Assembly: GCA_033442325.1 (NCBI GenBank)
Contig: JAWQFM010000004.1
Location: 1,249,293-1,313,292, forward strand
DNA from: Salpingoeca rosetta
Taxonomy: Eukaryota > Protista > Choanoflagellata
Reading direction: 5' to 3'
Length of the DNA stretch: 64,000 nucleotides
The position numbers and the translations under genes were made by a program. This document shows positions 34,014 to 58,061 of this stretch, piece after piece (the first letter of the stretch is position 1; each line of letters begins with the position of its first letter). Under the pieces are notes generated by a model. The model did no database searches and was not told the origin of the DNA. It saw only the letters and a list, made by a program, of their open reading frames with translations.

Positions 34014-35663
34014 TATGTGTGTGTGTGTGTGTGCGGGCGCGCGCGCGTGTGTGCGTCTGTCTGTTTGCATATTTGTTCTGAGGGTTGCATGTGTGTGTGT
34101 GTGTGTGTGGATATGGTGGGGTTATCGTTGTTGCGATTCCTTGTCGAGAATACGCTGCTTGTTAAGCAGCTCACTTCCATGTTGCACCCATCTGTTATGC
34201 CTGCATGGTTCCATCGTTGTGTGGCTTGGCAGCTCGCTTCCGCGTGTGCGTGGGCGTCGCAATCGCTGGAAAAGGCCGAAGCAGCCATCACCAAACTGCA
34301 GCACGACAAAGACAAGCTCACCCAAGGTCTGGGACTTGTTGTGTGTGTGTGTGCGTGTGCGTGCATAGATACATGTTTGGTTCTTTCGCGTGTGACGTGG
34401 TATATTAGAGCGTGAAACACACAGCTTGCATGCTCATTTTTGTTCTTGCGTGTCCTTGCCGATGAGTGCTCATATTCACGGTCTCCCCATACCCCACTGT
34501 GCCTTGCGCTTGTGAACAGAGCTGGCGCGTGTGCGGGCAAGCGTTGTGGACAAAGCGTCCAGTCACGAGCTCATTGCGCAATCCAAGGCGGAGGTGGAGC
34601 AGCGACTTTCTGACACGGTGTCAGAACTAAACAACATGCGATCAGCGAAAGAGGTGTGTGTGTGTGTATGTGTGTGTATGTGTGTGTATGTGTGTGTATG
34701 TGTATGTGTGTGTGTGCGTGGATGCATGCGTGCGTCTACTTGTGGTTGAATGTGTCTGATGGTACTGTTGTGTGTATGGTGATCAACGGCAGGCGTTGTC
34801 CAAGGAGAACGAGGCACTGAAGCACAAGCTACAGGTGAGGCGAATACGCGCAGACTCCAAGCGTAGGCAGATACAGAGGGAGAGAGAGAAGCGGAGCATG
34901 TGCTGTAGTGTGGGAAACGAGAAGTTGCGTCAAGCACACATCACTGTACAACGTGCACCAAATGTTTGCTTTTACTTTGGTTGACGTTCACTGTGGCCTT
35001 GCTTGGTTCAGGAACTGAACTCAATATGCGAGACAATGGAACACAAAGTGACACAGCAGCAGCAGGACACACACGCGCAGCTGACGACGGTTATTGCGCA
35101 ACTCAAGTACGCAACGGACTTGTTGTGTGGGGTGATGCCTGCAAGTTCTGTTGTGGCGACGTTGTTGTCATGGACGAACTTGTGTTGCTGTTGCGGTTCA
35201 CTGCTCGCACACACATACACGCATGCACGCATGCACACGCACGCACACACACACACAAATACAAACACATGCATGGTGTGACTGCACTCACGCACGCATA
35301 TACACACACACTGCATGTACGCCTATCGCCCATGTGCATGCGCAGGCAGCAGTTACAGGGCGATAAGGAGCGCTTTGAGAAGGAGTTGCAACTTGCGTCG
35401 CACCGCAGTGCAAACCTGTCGAAGCAGGCTGAGGTGGCACGCGAGGAGAATGCCAAGCTGATGGCAACCATCACTGAGCTTGAACAACAGCTTCAACACA
35501 CGTCTGTCACCTCCTCGGAGCAAGTCCTCAAGTTGCAACAACGTGTGTACTTGCTCACAGCTCTGTCCGTGTGTGTATGTGTGAGAGTGCCGTGTATGTT
35601 CGTGTGTTTGTGTGTGTGCGTGTATGTTTGCATCTGTGTGTGTGCTTGTGTGTGTGTGTGTGC

Positions 35664-35728
<65 letters not shown>

Positions 35729-36593
35729 GCCTGCCTTCTGCCACGTCCTTCTGCCTTATCCTTTTTGTTTCTTTTTTGTGACGTACACCTCGTATTGCTG
35801 TGCGTTTGCCCTCGACTGGTGTTTCAGAATTGGCGGAGAAGAAGCGCGCAAATGAGGAATTGGACCAGCGGCTCCAGCTTGCTCTGCAGAACGCACACGA
35901 CCCAACAGAGGTAGGGCTCGGATGTCGATGCATCGTGTGGTGTGGACATGCATCCGTGTGTGTGTGTGTGTGTGGTGTTGTCTGCATGCACATCTACATG
36001 CCGTGAGTGTGTTGAGTGTGTATGCTCCATTGATGAAGCGTTGAGCGCTCATGCATGGCATGGTCTCACCGTCTCCTGTGTCATGTTTGTTGTTCCAGGC
36101 ACGCCAGCTCAGGGAAGCATTGTCGGGGAAGGAGGAGGAGATTGCTGTTCTTCAGGACACCGTCGCTCGAGAGGTGCTGCTGCTGATCCTGTTGCTGTTT
36201 GCTGATGCTGTTGCTGATGTTGTTGCTGCTGCTGTTGTAATTCATGGAAGTGATGGTGGTGCTCTTGGCGGCGTTGATGGTCCTAGCGGTGTTGATGGTC
36301 GTGGTGTGCAGTTATGCGCGCCGATCCTTCCATCGTCACACATGCTGGACATCGTCGCTTACATCCGCACCCGCCTGCCCTTATGTTACGTGTGCATGTG
36401 TGCAGTGCATGGAGCGGGAGCAACTGGTGAAGAGCCTCGAGTCTGCGCGGGAGCAGGTGATGCGGCTGCAAGGCGCTGGATCGCGACGATCAACAGCACC
36501 GCGCTACTCTCGTATGTCAAGCGTGTCTTTGTGTGTGAATGTGTTTCTGTGAGAGCGTGTGTGTGTTTGTGTGTGTGCGCGCGTGTTTGTTTG

Positions 36594-36635
<42 letters not shown>

Positions 36636-36842
36636 GGTATGTGTTGATGCGCGTTGTTTCCAAAAGAGGGTTGCTTGGCTGTTCGGAGGCAAAGCGGCGC
36701 AGCACAAGCGCACCGCTCCGCCTCAGTCCCATCGTCGTCGTCATCGTCGTCACACCTCCGCGCAGCGCAGCAGCGCTCCGCTCGGAAGCACGCAATCCAG
36801 CACCACCCAGCACCAACGTCAGTGCACTGCTGTGCTGTCACT

Positions 36843-36937
<95 letters not shown>

Positions 36938-37194
36938 AAGGAAGCGAGGTTGTTGTCTCAGTGTCCCATCACCCCTCTCTCACCCATTCTCACATCGTCT
37001 TGTGCACCTACTTCCCTTTACTGCAGGTGAAGCCCCTTACACACGACACACACACACGCACACACACACACACATGCGTGCACGTTGTCTGTGTAGGATA
37101 TGCGGGGCTTCCAGAAAGACACGAAGCGAAGCAAAGACAATATCTGATGCGAGAACAGCACACGAAAAACAAACCGAACAAGCTCCCTATTTGA
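32798..37194 (+). CDS. LEKR1: LEKR1-like coiled-coil protein; multi-exon, start codon and last exons approximate
   Basis: N-terminal [34 protein letters not shown]|EE matches the LEKR1 motif (LPEEIQKM...VCKYCGVSYLI). After a long coiled coil, [13 protein letters not shown]|[17 protein letters not shown] matches the conserved LQETVRRECEERFEL segment. Confidence 0.85.
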
Positions 37195-37205
37195 TTAGCC
37201 AAGGT

Positions 37206-37215
37206 CATCATCATC

Positions 37216-37302
<87 letters not shown>
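37206..37302. repeat. (CAT)n tract between the convergent LEKR1 and NUDT8 stop codons
   Basis: About 32 CAT units. Confidence 0.95.
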
Positions 37303-37313
37303 TGAATCCTTTC

Positions 37314-37524
37314 TTAGTAGCTGCCGTATGGAAGAATGATAGAGTTGAATACACCTGCAAGCACGTAGGCCGTCATCCCCCAGATGCAATGCGGCCCGCT
37401 GTCAAACTGCGGCAAACTGCCCAAGCCTGCGGTGTGTACGTGTGTTCCGTGTGTTCCGTGTGAGTGAATGGACGGAAGAATCCAATCATCTCATGCAAAA
37501 CACAACGCAAAACAAGACCCACGC

Positions 37525-37604
<80 letters not shown>

Positions 37605-38991
37605 GTGCATACATGCGTAAACATGTGTTTCCTACCTGGCGCCTTCCACGTTGATCTCATGTCGGGGTTGAGCAAGTCGCGGCAAGGGACAATAAACGTC
37701 TCCGCAACCTGCAGCAGAAGCAAAACCGTGAGCAGCAATCGGCACACGGACACGGACACAGACACGCAGACACACAGACACACGTACACATAAGCTGTCG
37801 GACCTCGTTCAAGTTTGGCGTTATGTCTTCGGGGTAAACGGTACCGAGATAGCCAATCACCGGCGTCACGCTCAAGGTTTTGTCTTTGGCAGTCACGTCG
37901 TGCCATCGGCCCAGTATTCTCTACCAAGCACATATATGTGGTGGTGTGTGTGTGTGTGGTGCCGTGACTGGCTGTGAGTATGTGGACATTCGTGCAAGCA
38001 TGCAAGCATCCATGCATGCGCAAACTGTGCGCGCTTGTCGCAGAAGCTGCCAACAGTGGAACAAGAGCACACATGTACATACCCAGCACACGCATGCACA
38101 AACTCAGCACACACATGCACAACCCAGCACACAGCACACAGCACACAGCACACACACACACATACACACACACACCAAACACACACACACACATACACAC
38201 CTTTGGGGCGATGCCAATCTCTTCAAGGCACTCCCGCGCCGCTGCGGCCTCCACCGTCTCGTCATCGTCGTCCACCATACCGCCCGGAAAGCTGCAATCA
38301 CGACCATGTGAGCATCAACAGACAAAAGGAAATCGCAGTTTGGCAAGAAATGAGCCGCAGCCCATGCATGCTGTTGGGAACCAAGATTCACCAGCAGGGG
38401 AACATGTTATTATCTCCTCCCCTATGTAGTTGCACGCACCTCACTTGGCCGCCGTGTCTGTTGAGGTGCTCTGATCGCAGTGTAAACAACACGCAAGGCT
38501 GCCCTTCCTTGTTCAGGCACAGTGGCAACAGGATTGCTGCGTGCCGCTTTGAATGCGGCGTCAGGTCCACCCGCTTCAATGTCGCCAGCCGCTTCTCCAT
38601 TGCATCCAGCGCCTAGACAGGTGACAGAGTGTTTGCGTGTGTGTGTGAGTGTGTGAATGTGAGTGTGTGTGTTTGAATGTGAGTGTGTGAATGTGTGAAT
38701 GTGAGTGATTGTGTGAGTGAGTTTGTGTGTGTGTGTGAACACGCGCACGAGGAAACGTATTCATGATCTGCATGTAGGTGCAGGGTTAGATCGACAAGCC
38801 CTCAGCGACGACCAGCACCAGCTCGCAAGCAAAGAGACCACCCTCACTTGCGGTGTGCAGATGTTGTCCAGGGCTTCTTCAGGGACGGGCTTTGGCGGCA
38901 GCACTGCCCATCGGTGCATGCTGCGCACGCGTGGCACAAGTGCGGAGATCGCAGAGACCTTTGTCCACACCCGTGCCACTATCGCCGTCAT
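37314..38991 (-). CDS. NUDT8: Nudix hydrolase, CoA-diphosphatase subfamily (NUDT8-like), about 6 exons
   Basis: AAILLPLC...VLFTLRSEHLNRHGGQV|SFPGG...AAARECLEEIG gives the CoA-type motif plus Nudix box. Also VTPVIG, PNLNE|VAETFIVP and IWGMTAYVL. The Arg/hydrophobic N-terminus resembles a mitochondrial presequence. TAA at 37314-37316. Confidence 0.9.
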
Positions 38992-39170
38992 CACGACCAC
39001 AACAGGCATCGACCAAGCAGAGTCAGGATGGATGGATGTCGAGAGAAGAAGGATGAGGAGGGGAGGTTGAGAGAGCAGCAGCAGCAACAGCGACAAACAC
39101 AAACAGTCGGAAAATTCATGGGAATCATTCACCAATCTTCAGGACTTTGTGCATCAGGTGACGGTCCGTG

Positions 39171-40547
39171 ATGACTGCGCTGACGTTTGAGGTGGTGGAT
39201 GCGTTTGCCAAGCAAGGCACGGTTCAGTGGCAACCCGGCCTGCGTGGTGGTGCTTGGCGAGCAGGAGGGCGCCAACGATGTCACCGACGACTTTATGCAG
39301 AAGTTTGCCAGGTGAGCTGGTGCATCTAGCAAGCAAGAAGTGTGTGTGTGTGTGTGGCGGAGGAGGGAAGTGAGGTCAGAGATCCGTGGCCTTCGACTCA
39401 GTTGATGAAGTGATGTGACAGATGAACGTGAGCACAATGTGCGTTGTCGTGTTGTCGGCGCTTTCGCTTGTCGCTGCCCTCATGTTTTGTTTCTGTTGGT
39501 GGTGTCTGTTGGTGGCTGATGCTGCAGGGAGATGAACTTGTCGGAGACTGCATATTTGAGGAAGGAATCAGGAAGCGACAACACATACTCGATCCGCTGG
39601 TTCACCCCTGCCATCGAGGTGCGTGTGTGTGTGGGGGGGGGGATATGTGTATCTGTTCGTGTTTTTTCTTTGTGTGGATCACCGTGCGTGTGTTCTTTGC
39701 TGCCTGCACTGGTGCACTGGCAAAGCAGCAATTGACTTCTGCGTGCTTTACAGGTGGATCTGTGCGGCCATGCAACTCTGGCAGCTGCACACACGCTCTT
39801 CTCCAGAGGACATGGTGAGGCTCGCACATGCGTGCGTTCTATACAAGCGCTGTGTGTCACCAATGTATCTCGTTTTTCTTGGCCCGACGTCAACCACACA
39901 TCCTCACCCATGCTGTGCTTTGCACCACTGCGCACACACACACATGCACACACACATGCGCACACACACACACACGCACACACACATGCACGCACCACTG
40001 CACACACACACACACACACACCACTGCACACACACACACATGTACACACGACTTCTCGTGTCTTGAATTGCAGTGACTGGCGACTCCGTGACCTTCTCCA
40101 GCAAGAGCGGACCTCTCGCAGCTCGCCGTGCCGAAGGGTACGTGCCCATAACATAGCTGAAACGTTTCCGTTGATTGAGGCTACAACAGCAATTTGCACA
40201 CACTCCTGTACCACACTGTATACCTTGAACTCAGCGTCCACACTTCACGCACACCGCAGCCACTACACCGCGCACCACCACACCACACTTCACATATATC
40301 TCTCATGTGCAACTCACGATAGCAGCTGCTGCACTGGTGTGTAGGGGTCTGATTGAGCTGGACTTTCCACAAGAGCGCGTGGCAGCGGATGCAGAGGCAC
40401 CACCAGCGCTGCTGAAGAGCCTGAACTTCACGGTGGAGGACGTGGCGTTTGTTGGCAAGAACAGGATGGACTACTTTGTGGCCATTGCAGGTGGCCAGCC
40501 CGCCATCGCCGCCCTCGCTCCAGACTTTACCCTCATGAGGACCATCA

Positions 40548-40597
<50 letters not shown>

Positions 40598-41213
40598 GTG
40601 TGTGTGTGCGTGCGTGTGTGTGTGTGTGTGTGTGTGTGCGTGTGTGTGTGTGTGCGTGCGTGTGTGTGTGTGTGCGTGGGACCATGTGTGCGTGTACTGT
40701 TGCATGAAGAATGGGCTGCTGCTCCTGTGTGCGTACTTGTAGTGCTTGTTCATCCATTTGCACTGGTGTAGACCCGCTGCGTGATTGTCACGAGCCGTTG
40801 TGACGATGATGATTCCGAATACGACGTCGTATCTCGCGTCTTCGCCCCAGCCGCTGGCATTGACGAGGGTGCGTGGACAACACACACACGTGTTTGTGCG
40901 TGCGTGCGTGCATGTGTGTGTGTGTGTGTGCTTGTTATGATGCGTTTACATTAATCGTCGTTTCACATTCTTTGTGCTTTGCAACGTCCTGACTCTCACT
41001 GCATAATTGCTCATATCTGCACGTTGGTGTGACAGACGCGGTGACGGGCAGTGCTCACAGTGCCATTGGGCCATATTGGGCCGACAAGCTTGGCAAGGCT
41101 TCCCTCGTCGCTCGCCAGGTGAGATGCAACGCAGCGCGAAAACTTCTCATCACATGATGATGAATTGTCTTGCTCCTGCAGCAGCCTTCACACACACGCA
41201 CACACACACACAC

Positions 41214-41276
<63 letters not shown>

Positions 41277-41429
41277 CACACACACACACTCACTCACTCA
41301 CATATTGGCGTGCAGGCGTCTGCGCGTGACGGAACGCTCCACCTGACGGTAAAGGACAACGGCAGGATTCTCATCAAGGGCAACGCCGTCACGGTCACAC
41401 GTGGCGAGCTGCTGCCACAGGAGCAATGA
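39171..41429 (+). CDS. PBLD: PhzF/PBLD-family epimerase/isomerase, about 8 exons, with an apparent 4-bp frameshift near codon 14
   Basis: VVDAF, then in a shifted frame [10 protein letters not shown]. Downstream: [19 protein letters not shown]|[37 protein letters not shown]|[16 protein letters not shown] and [13 protein letters not shown]. Confidence 0.9.
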
Positions 41430-41815
41430 GTGATGCGTGACTCTTCTGTTGTGATGGTGGTGGTGGTTGTGGTGGTTGTGGTGACTGTCAAGTGACATTC
41501 GGGCACATGTTGGTGTGATTGGGGTTGCTCCTTCTGGCAATTGATGGTGCTGACGTGCGGTTGTGTTGCAATGCGTTGTCGACGCGTTCATTGGAGGCGG
41601 CTTTTATTTGTTGTTAAGACGTTCAATAACACAGCTAGCCTTTGTGTCGCGCATTACACATTACACATCGACACACACACATACATACACACACGCACCC
41701 TCGCGACCTTATCAAGCCTATGGTCAAACGCATCCTACATACCGACACAGACAGACAGACAGACAGACACACACACACACACGCATAACCTGCGCAAACT
41801 TCCATGCTAGCAGCC

Positions 41816-43165
41816 CTAGCAGCCTGGGTTGATGATGAGCACGGCGTGTGCATTGTAGGGAATGGCGTAGATGAGGTTGCTGGGCGCAGCCACGCCACCA
41901 ATCCACAAGGATGCAAACACTGCTGCTGATGATGGCGCTGGACGTGCTAAGGAGAGGGTGTCTGCGACGTTGGTCGCTGGGTCAAAGGTCAGCACTCGCG
42001 ACGTGTCAAAGGGGATACCGAAGATGCGACCGTTGTGCGCAAGAACACCCAGCGCCCATTTGCCCACGCCGTCTGGAGTGGTGTGCTCGGGAATGGTGGT
42101 GTGCGTGTTGGTGTCGGGGTCGATGACGAGGACGCTGGGTGCCATCAGCGGTATGCCGTAGAGAAGCCCGTTGCCGCCAAGGATGGTACCTTCCCACTTG
42201 GTGCTGTTCCCAAAGCCGGCGATGGTGGTCGTGTCGGCGGTGTTGGTCGCTGGATCGATGATGAGCACGCCGTCCTCGTTCAGCGGCGCAGCGTAGATTA
42301 GCCCGTTTGGTGCAAGCGTGCCGCCGCACCACTTGTACTGTCGAATGCCAATGTTGGTGAGGGTCGTGGTATCCGTGGTGTTGGTAAGAGGGTCGATGAT
42401 GAGGACGCTCGCGGAGAACCAAGGGATACCGTAGATGCGCCCATTGTCGGCGGCAACGCCGCTGATCCACTTGTTCCTGCTTGCGGGCAGGTTTGGCAAT
42501 GTCGTCTGGTCGGCCGTCTTGCTCACGGGGTCGATGATGAGGACGGAGGTGGCGTCGTTGGGAAACGCGTAGATGAGCCCGTTCCTGCCCACAGCGGCAC
42601 CGCCCCACTTTGCCGCGCCCGCTCCAACGTTGGCGATCGAGGTCGTGTCGGCGGTGTTGGTAACGGGGTCGATGATGAGCACGGACGAGGCGTGGTATGG
42701 GATGCCAAAGATGAGGCCGTTGGCAGCAAGCGCACCACCAAGCCATTTGCCACCGTCTGTGCCGACATTGGAGATGATGGCCGTATCCACCAGTGGTACG
42801 CATGACTGGCTGAAGAGGGCGGTCAACCGTGCCTCGTTCCTGGCTATCGTCCGCTCTTGCTCCTCCAGCATGCGCTGCTGCTTCTCAATCACGTGCTGCT
42901 GTCCAAGCAGCACCCCATTCACGTCCACCCCATTGAACAGCACCGGCTGGCGTGACGGGTCGCTCGTGTTGATGTGCAGCGCGCCACTCCCATCGACTTC
43001 CAGCACCGCATCTCCACGCACCTTCTTCACACCCACCACCACCACCACCACCACACAAACGACCACTGCCACACATACGCGGAGCATCACGTGCGAGGCA
43101 CTCGTCCTTGATTGTGAATCGGGGGTTGCGAAATTGCGTTGTGAACGTGTTTCCATTTCGCTCAT
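41816..43165 (-). CDS. Intronless secreted or membrane-anchored protein: hydrophobic leader, short beta-rich motif, coiled coil, and 7 repeats predicted to form a beta-propeller
   Basis: Seven ~46-aa repeats with consensus KWxGGxLAxNGxIYGIPxxAxxVLIIDPxTNTADT. Leader MLRVCVAVVVCVVVVVVVG (alternative start ATG at 43087). Coiled coil QQHVIEKQQRMLEEQERTIARNEARL. No microsatellites. Confidence 0.88.
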   Translation of the reverse strand: MSEMETRSQRNFATPDSQSRTSASHVMLRVCVAVVVCVVVVVVVGVKKVRGDAVLEVDGSGALHINTSDPSRQPVLFNGVDVNGVLLGQQHVIEKQQRMLEEQERTIARNEARLTALFSQSCVPLVDTAIISNVGTDGGKWLGGALAANGLIFGIPYHASSVLIIDPVTNTADTTSIANVGAGAAKWGGAAVGRNGLIYAFPNDATSVLIIDPVSKTADQTTLPNLPASRNKWISGVAADNGRIYGIPWFSASVLIIDPLTNTTDTTTLTNIGIRQYKWCGGTLAPNGLIYAAPLNEDGVLIIDPATNTADTTTIAGFGNSTKWEGTILGGNGLLYGIPLMAPSVLVIDPDTNTHTTIPEHTTPDGVGKWALGVLAHNGRIFGIPFDTSRVLTFDPATNVADTLSLARPAPSSAAVFASLWIGGVAAPSNLIYAIPYNAHAVLIINPGC

Positions 43166-43310
43166 CACGCTTGCTCGACCTCCCTTTTATGTGGCGAGGC
43201 AAGTGCTCACATGCTCACATGTACACAGGCGAGAACACGAGCACACGAAGCGCACACAACTGCACGCACCACAGCCACCACCAGTAACAAGCGACACCAT
43301 CACACACGGG

Positions 43311-55353
<12,043 letters not shown>

Positions 55354-56120
55354 CCTTCTGACGGGAAATGCCGTGCAAGGGATCGAAGCTTGTAGGAAAA
55401 GAGAGAGGAGAGAGAGATGGGGGCAGAGGGGGGCAGAGGGGGGGGGGGGTTGCTGTTGCAGTTGTGACTCGAGGAAGAGTTGTGGATGTGTGTCTTGATG
55501 TGACCACTCCAGCACTCGCTCAGGGCAGTGGTTGGCTTTTGTTGTTGTGCTCTTGTGCTGCGGAGCGAGAGGTAGTGAAATGTGGTTGATGATTTCCGTC
55601 AATAATCCATGAGCAACGGCCAAGAGGAAATTCGGCCAGCAAGCGAGTGGTGAGTGCTTGACAGTTGGTTGGTTGGTGCTCCTTGTTGTTGACACACCAA
55701 CCGCACCCATCTGTCTCTCTCTCCCTGCGACTCTCGTTGTGTTGGGTGTGTGGCTTGCTTGACAGTGTGTTTCACTTTGTGTGTGTGCATGTGTTAACTG
55801 CTGATAGTGTGTGAGGTGTGTCAGTGAGTGAGACGAGCGTTGGTTTCTTTTTTCTTTTTTTTTTGAGTGAGTGAGTGACGCTGCTTCCAGTGGCTGCATG
55901 GTGTTGTTTGTTCGTTATTGAGATTGTGGGGTTGAGTGGTCCCAATCGCTAGCACAGCAAGACGACGTGGATGGCTTCATGCAAACCACGGCTGCTCCCC
56001 TCATGCACAATCGTCCTCACGCGCGCGCACTCTCACGCACACTCCCTTTACCAACCACCATACAGGCTGGATTCCAAGGCTCAACGGACACGCAGCAAAG
56101 ACCACAACAGTGCCCAACCA

Positions 56121-56202
<82 letters not shown>

Positions 56203-56302
56203 NNNNNNNNNNNNNNNNNNNNNNNNNNNNNNNNNNNNNNNNNNNNNNNNNNNNNNNNNNNNNNNNNNNNNNNNNNNNNNNNNNNNNNNNNNNNNNNNNN
56301 NN
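56203..56302. other. Assembly gap (100 N) within (CA)n
   Basis: N run. Confidence 1.
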
Positions 56303-56310
56303 CACCACCA

Positions 56311-56378
<68 letters not shown>

Positions 56379-56452
56379 GCAACCACACACGCAGATCCGC
56401 ACAACCACGCACTCATACGCAGCAACGACACTAACTCCATACAGCCACCATC

Positions 56453-57057
56453 ATGGACCCGTATGGTGGCGGGGACAGCCCAGACTCTGACGATCGTCAG
56501 ATGTCCATCGCTGCGGGTCAACGCGTGCTGGCGAGACGGCGGCGAAGTCGCCAACGCGCTGCAAGAGAACAACAGCAACAGCAGCAAACTCAGCAGCAAA
56601 CGCAGCACAGCCGTGATGATGCGGGCACGTCCACATTCACGGGCCAGTCGCTCGCCTCGCTTCTGAGCCACGAGCCCGATTCATCTTACGGGGAGCAAGG
56701 GGGACAACAGTACTCCAGCGACGATGATCAACGCACAGTCGTGCCGTCCACAGAGCACTCGCCAAACCGCTCATGGGGCGACGCCGTGGATGTGCAGCTC
56801 TCCCGCAGTGACGACGACGACTCGTCTCGCAGCACCGACACCCAGCAGCAGCAGCAGCAGCAGCAACGGTTTCAGCATCTGCACCAACCACAACATCAAG
56901 AACAGGTGCAGTACGAACAACATCAAGGCCGACAACACCGCAGCGGATCGCCACTGCAGCAGCACGTGCTGTCGCCCTCGCCAGTGGCCTCCCCTGAGCG
57001 CGGCCCATCCCAACACGCTGCTGGCGCCCACGACGACTTTGATCCGGAGGTTGGCGC

Positions 57058-57145
<88 letters not shown>

Positions 57146-57303
57146 CTGGCAGAATTGCGCACCGAACACCGTGATTACCTTATTGTTTTCTGCAGCCCAA
57201 TTGATACAGTTCACACGAGCACAACGTCCCTCGCACGCCCACACTCGCACACTCACACTCACACACATGCATACTCGCACACTCACACACACACACATGC
57301 ATA

Positions 57304-57351
<48 letters not shown>

Positions 57352-58028
57352 TACATACTCATTCACTCCCTCACACACGCGTATCACACACGCGTATCAC
57401 AGATGTGGAATATCCAGCGGCAGGCGTCGCTGCGGCGCCGCATCAACAAGAGTGAGAACATCTACAAGGGCGCCGACAAGCTCTCAAAGGAGGTACACAC
57501 GCGTGCGTGTGCATGTGAGAGCATGTGTGTGTGTGTGTGTGTGAGCGTGTTTACAGCCCTGATAAGCAGTTGACAGTGAGGCGCAATCCCAAAGCTCAAG
57601 CAGCTGCTCACTATAATGCGCTCACACCACGGGTCCAATCACTATCCTATGCACACACAATCATACGCACACGTGACATGAACCATTCTCTCCCTCTCTC
57701 TTTGATGTGTGCGCGCTCGTGTGCAGGTGGCAAAGGATACGCGCAAAGATCTGCAGTACACGATGAAATACATGCGCGAGGACATTCGCCGGACAGAAAA
57801 GGTGCGATGATAATGGTGGTGGCGTTGGTGGTATTGATGGTGGTGATGGTGGTGTTTTGCTTTGTGTTTGAGGCGCGCACACGAAGCATGCATGCATGTG
57901 TGCGCGTGTGTTTGTGTGTCCGCGTTGCGACTTTCGCTTATGAGCGGGTGCTGCTTGCTCAAAAGTGCATGCATATTTTCTCTCACGCGCGTAACCTCGC
58001 CCCAACCACCATGCCACAACAAACCTCA

Positions 58029-58061
<33 letters not shown>

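Noticed and set aside
41816-43165. Propeller gene nested inside, or fused to, the Claret-like gene
   Set aside because: A plausible terminal Claret-like exon with a stop codon (43418-43311) lies upstream, and the propeller ORF has its own hydrophobic leader. The nearby gap leaves slight uncertainty.
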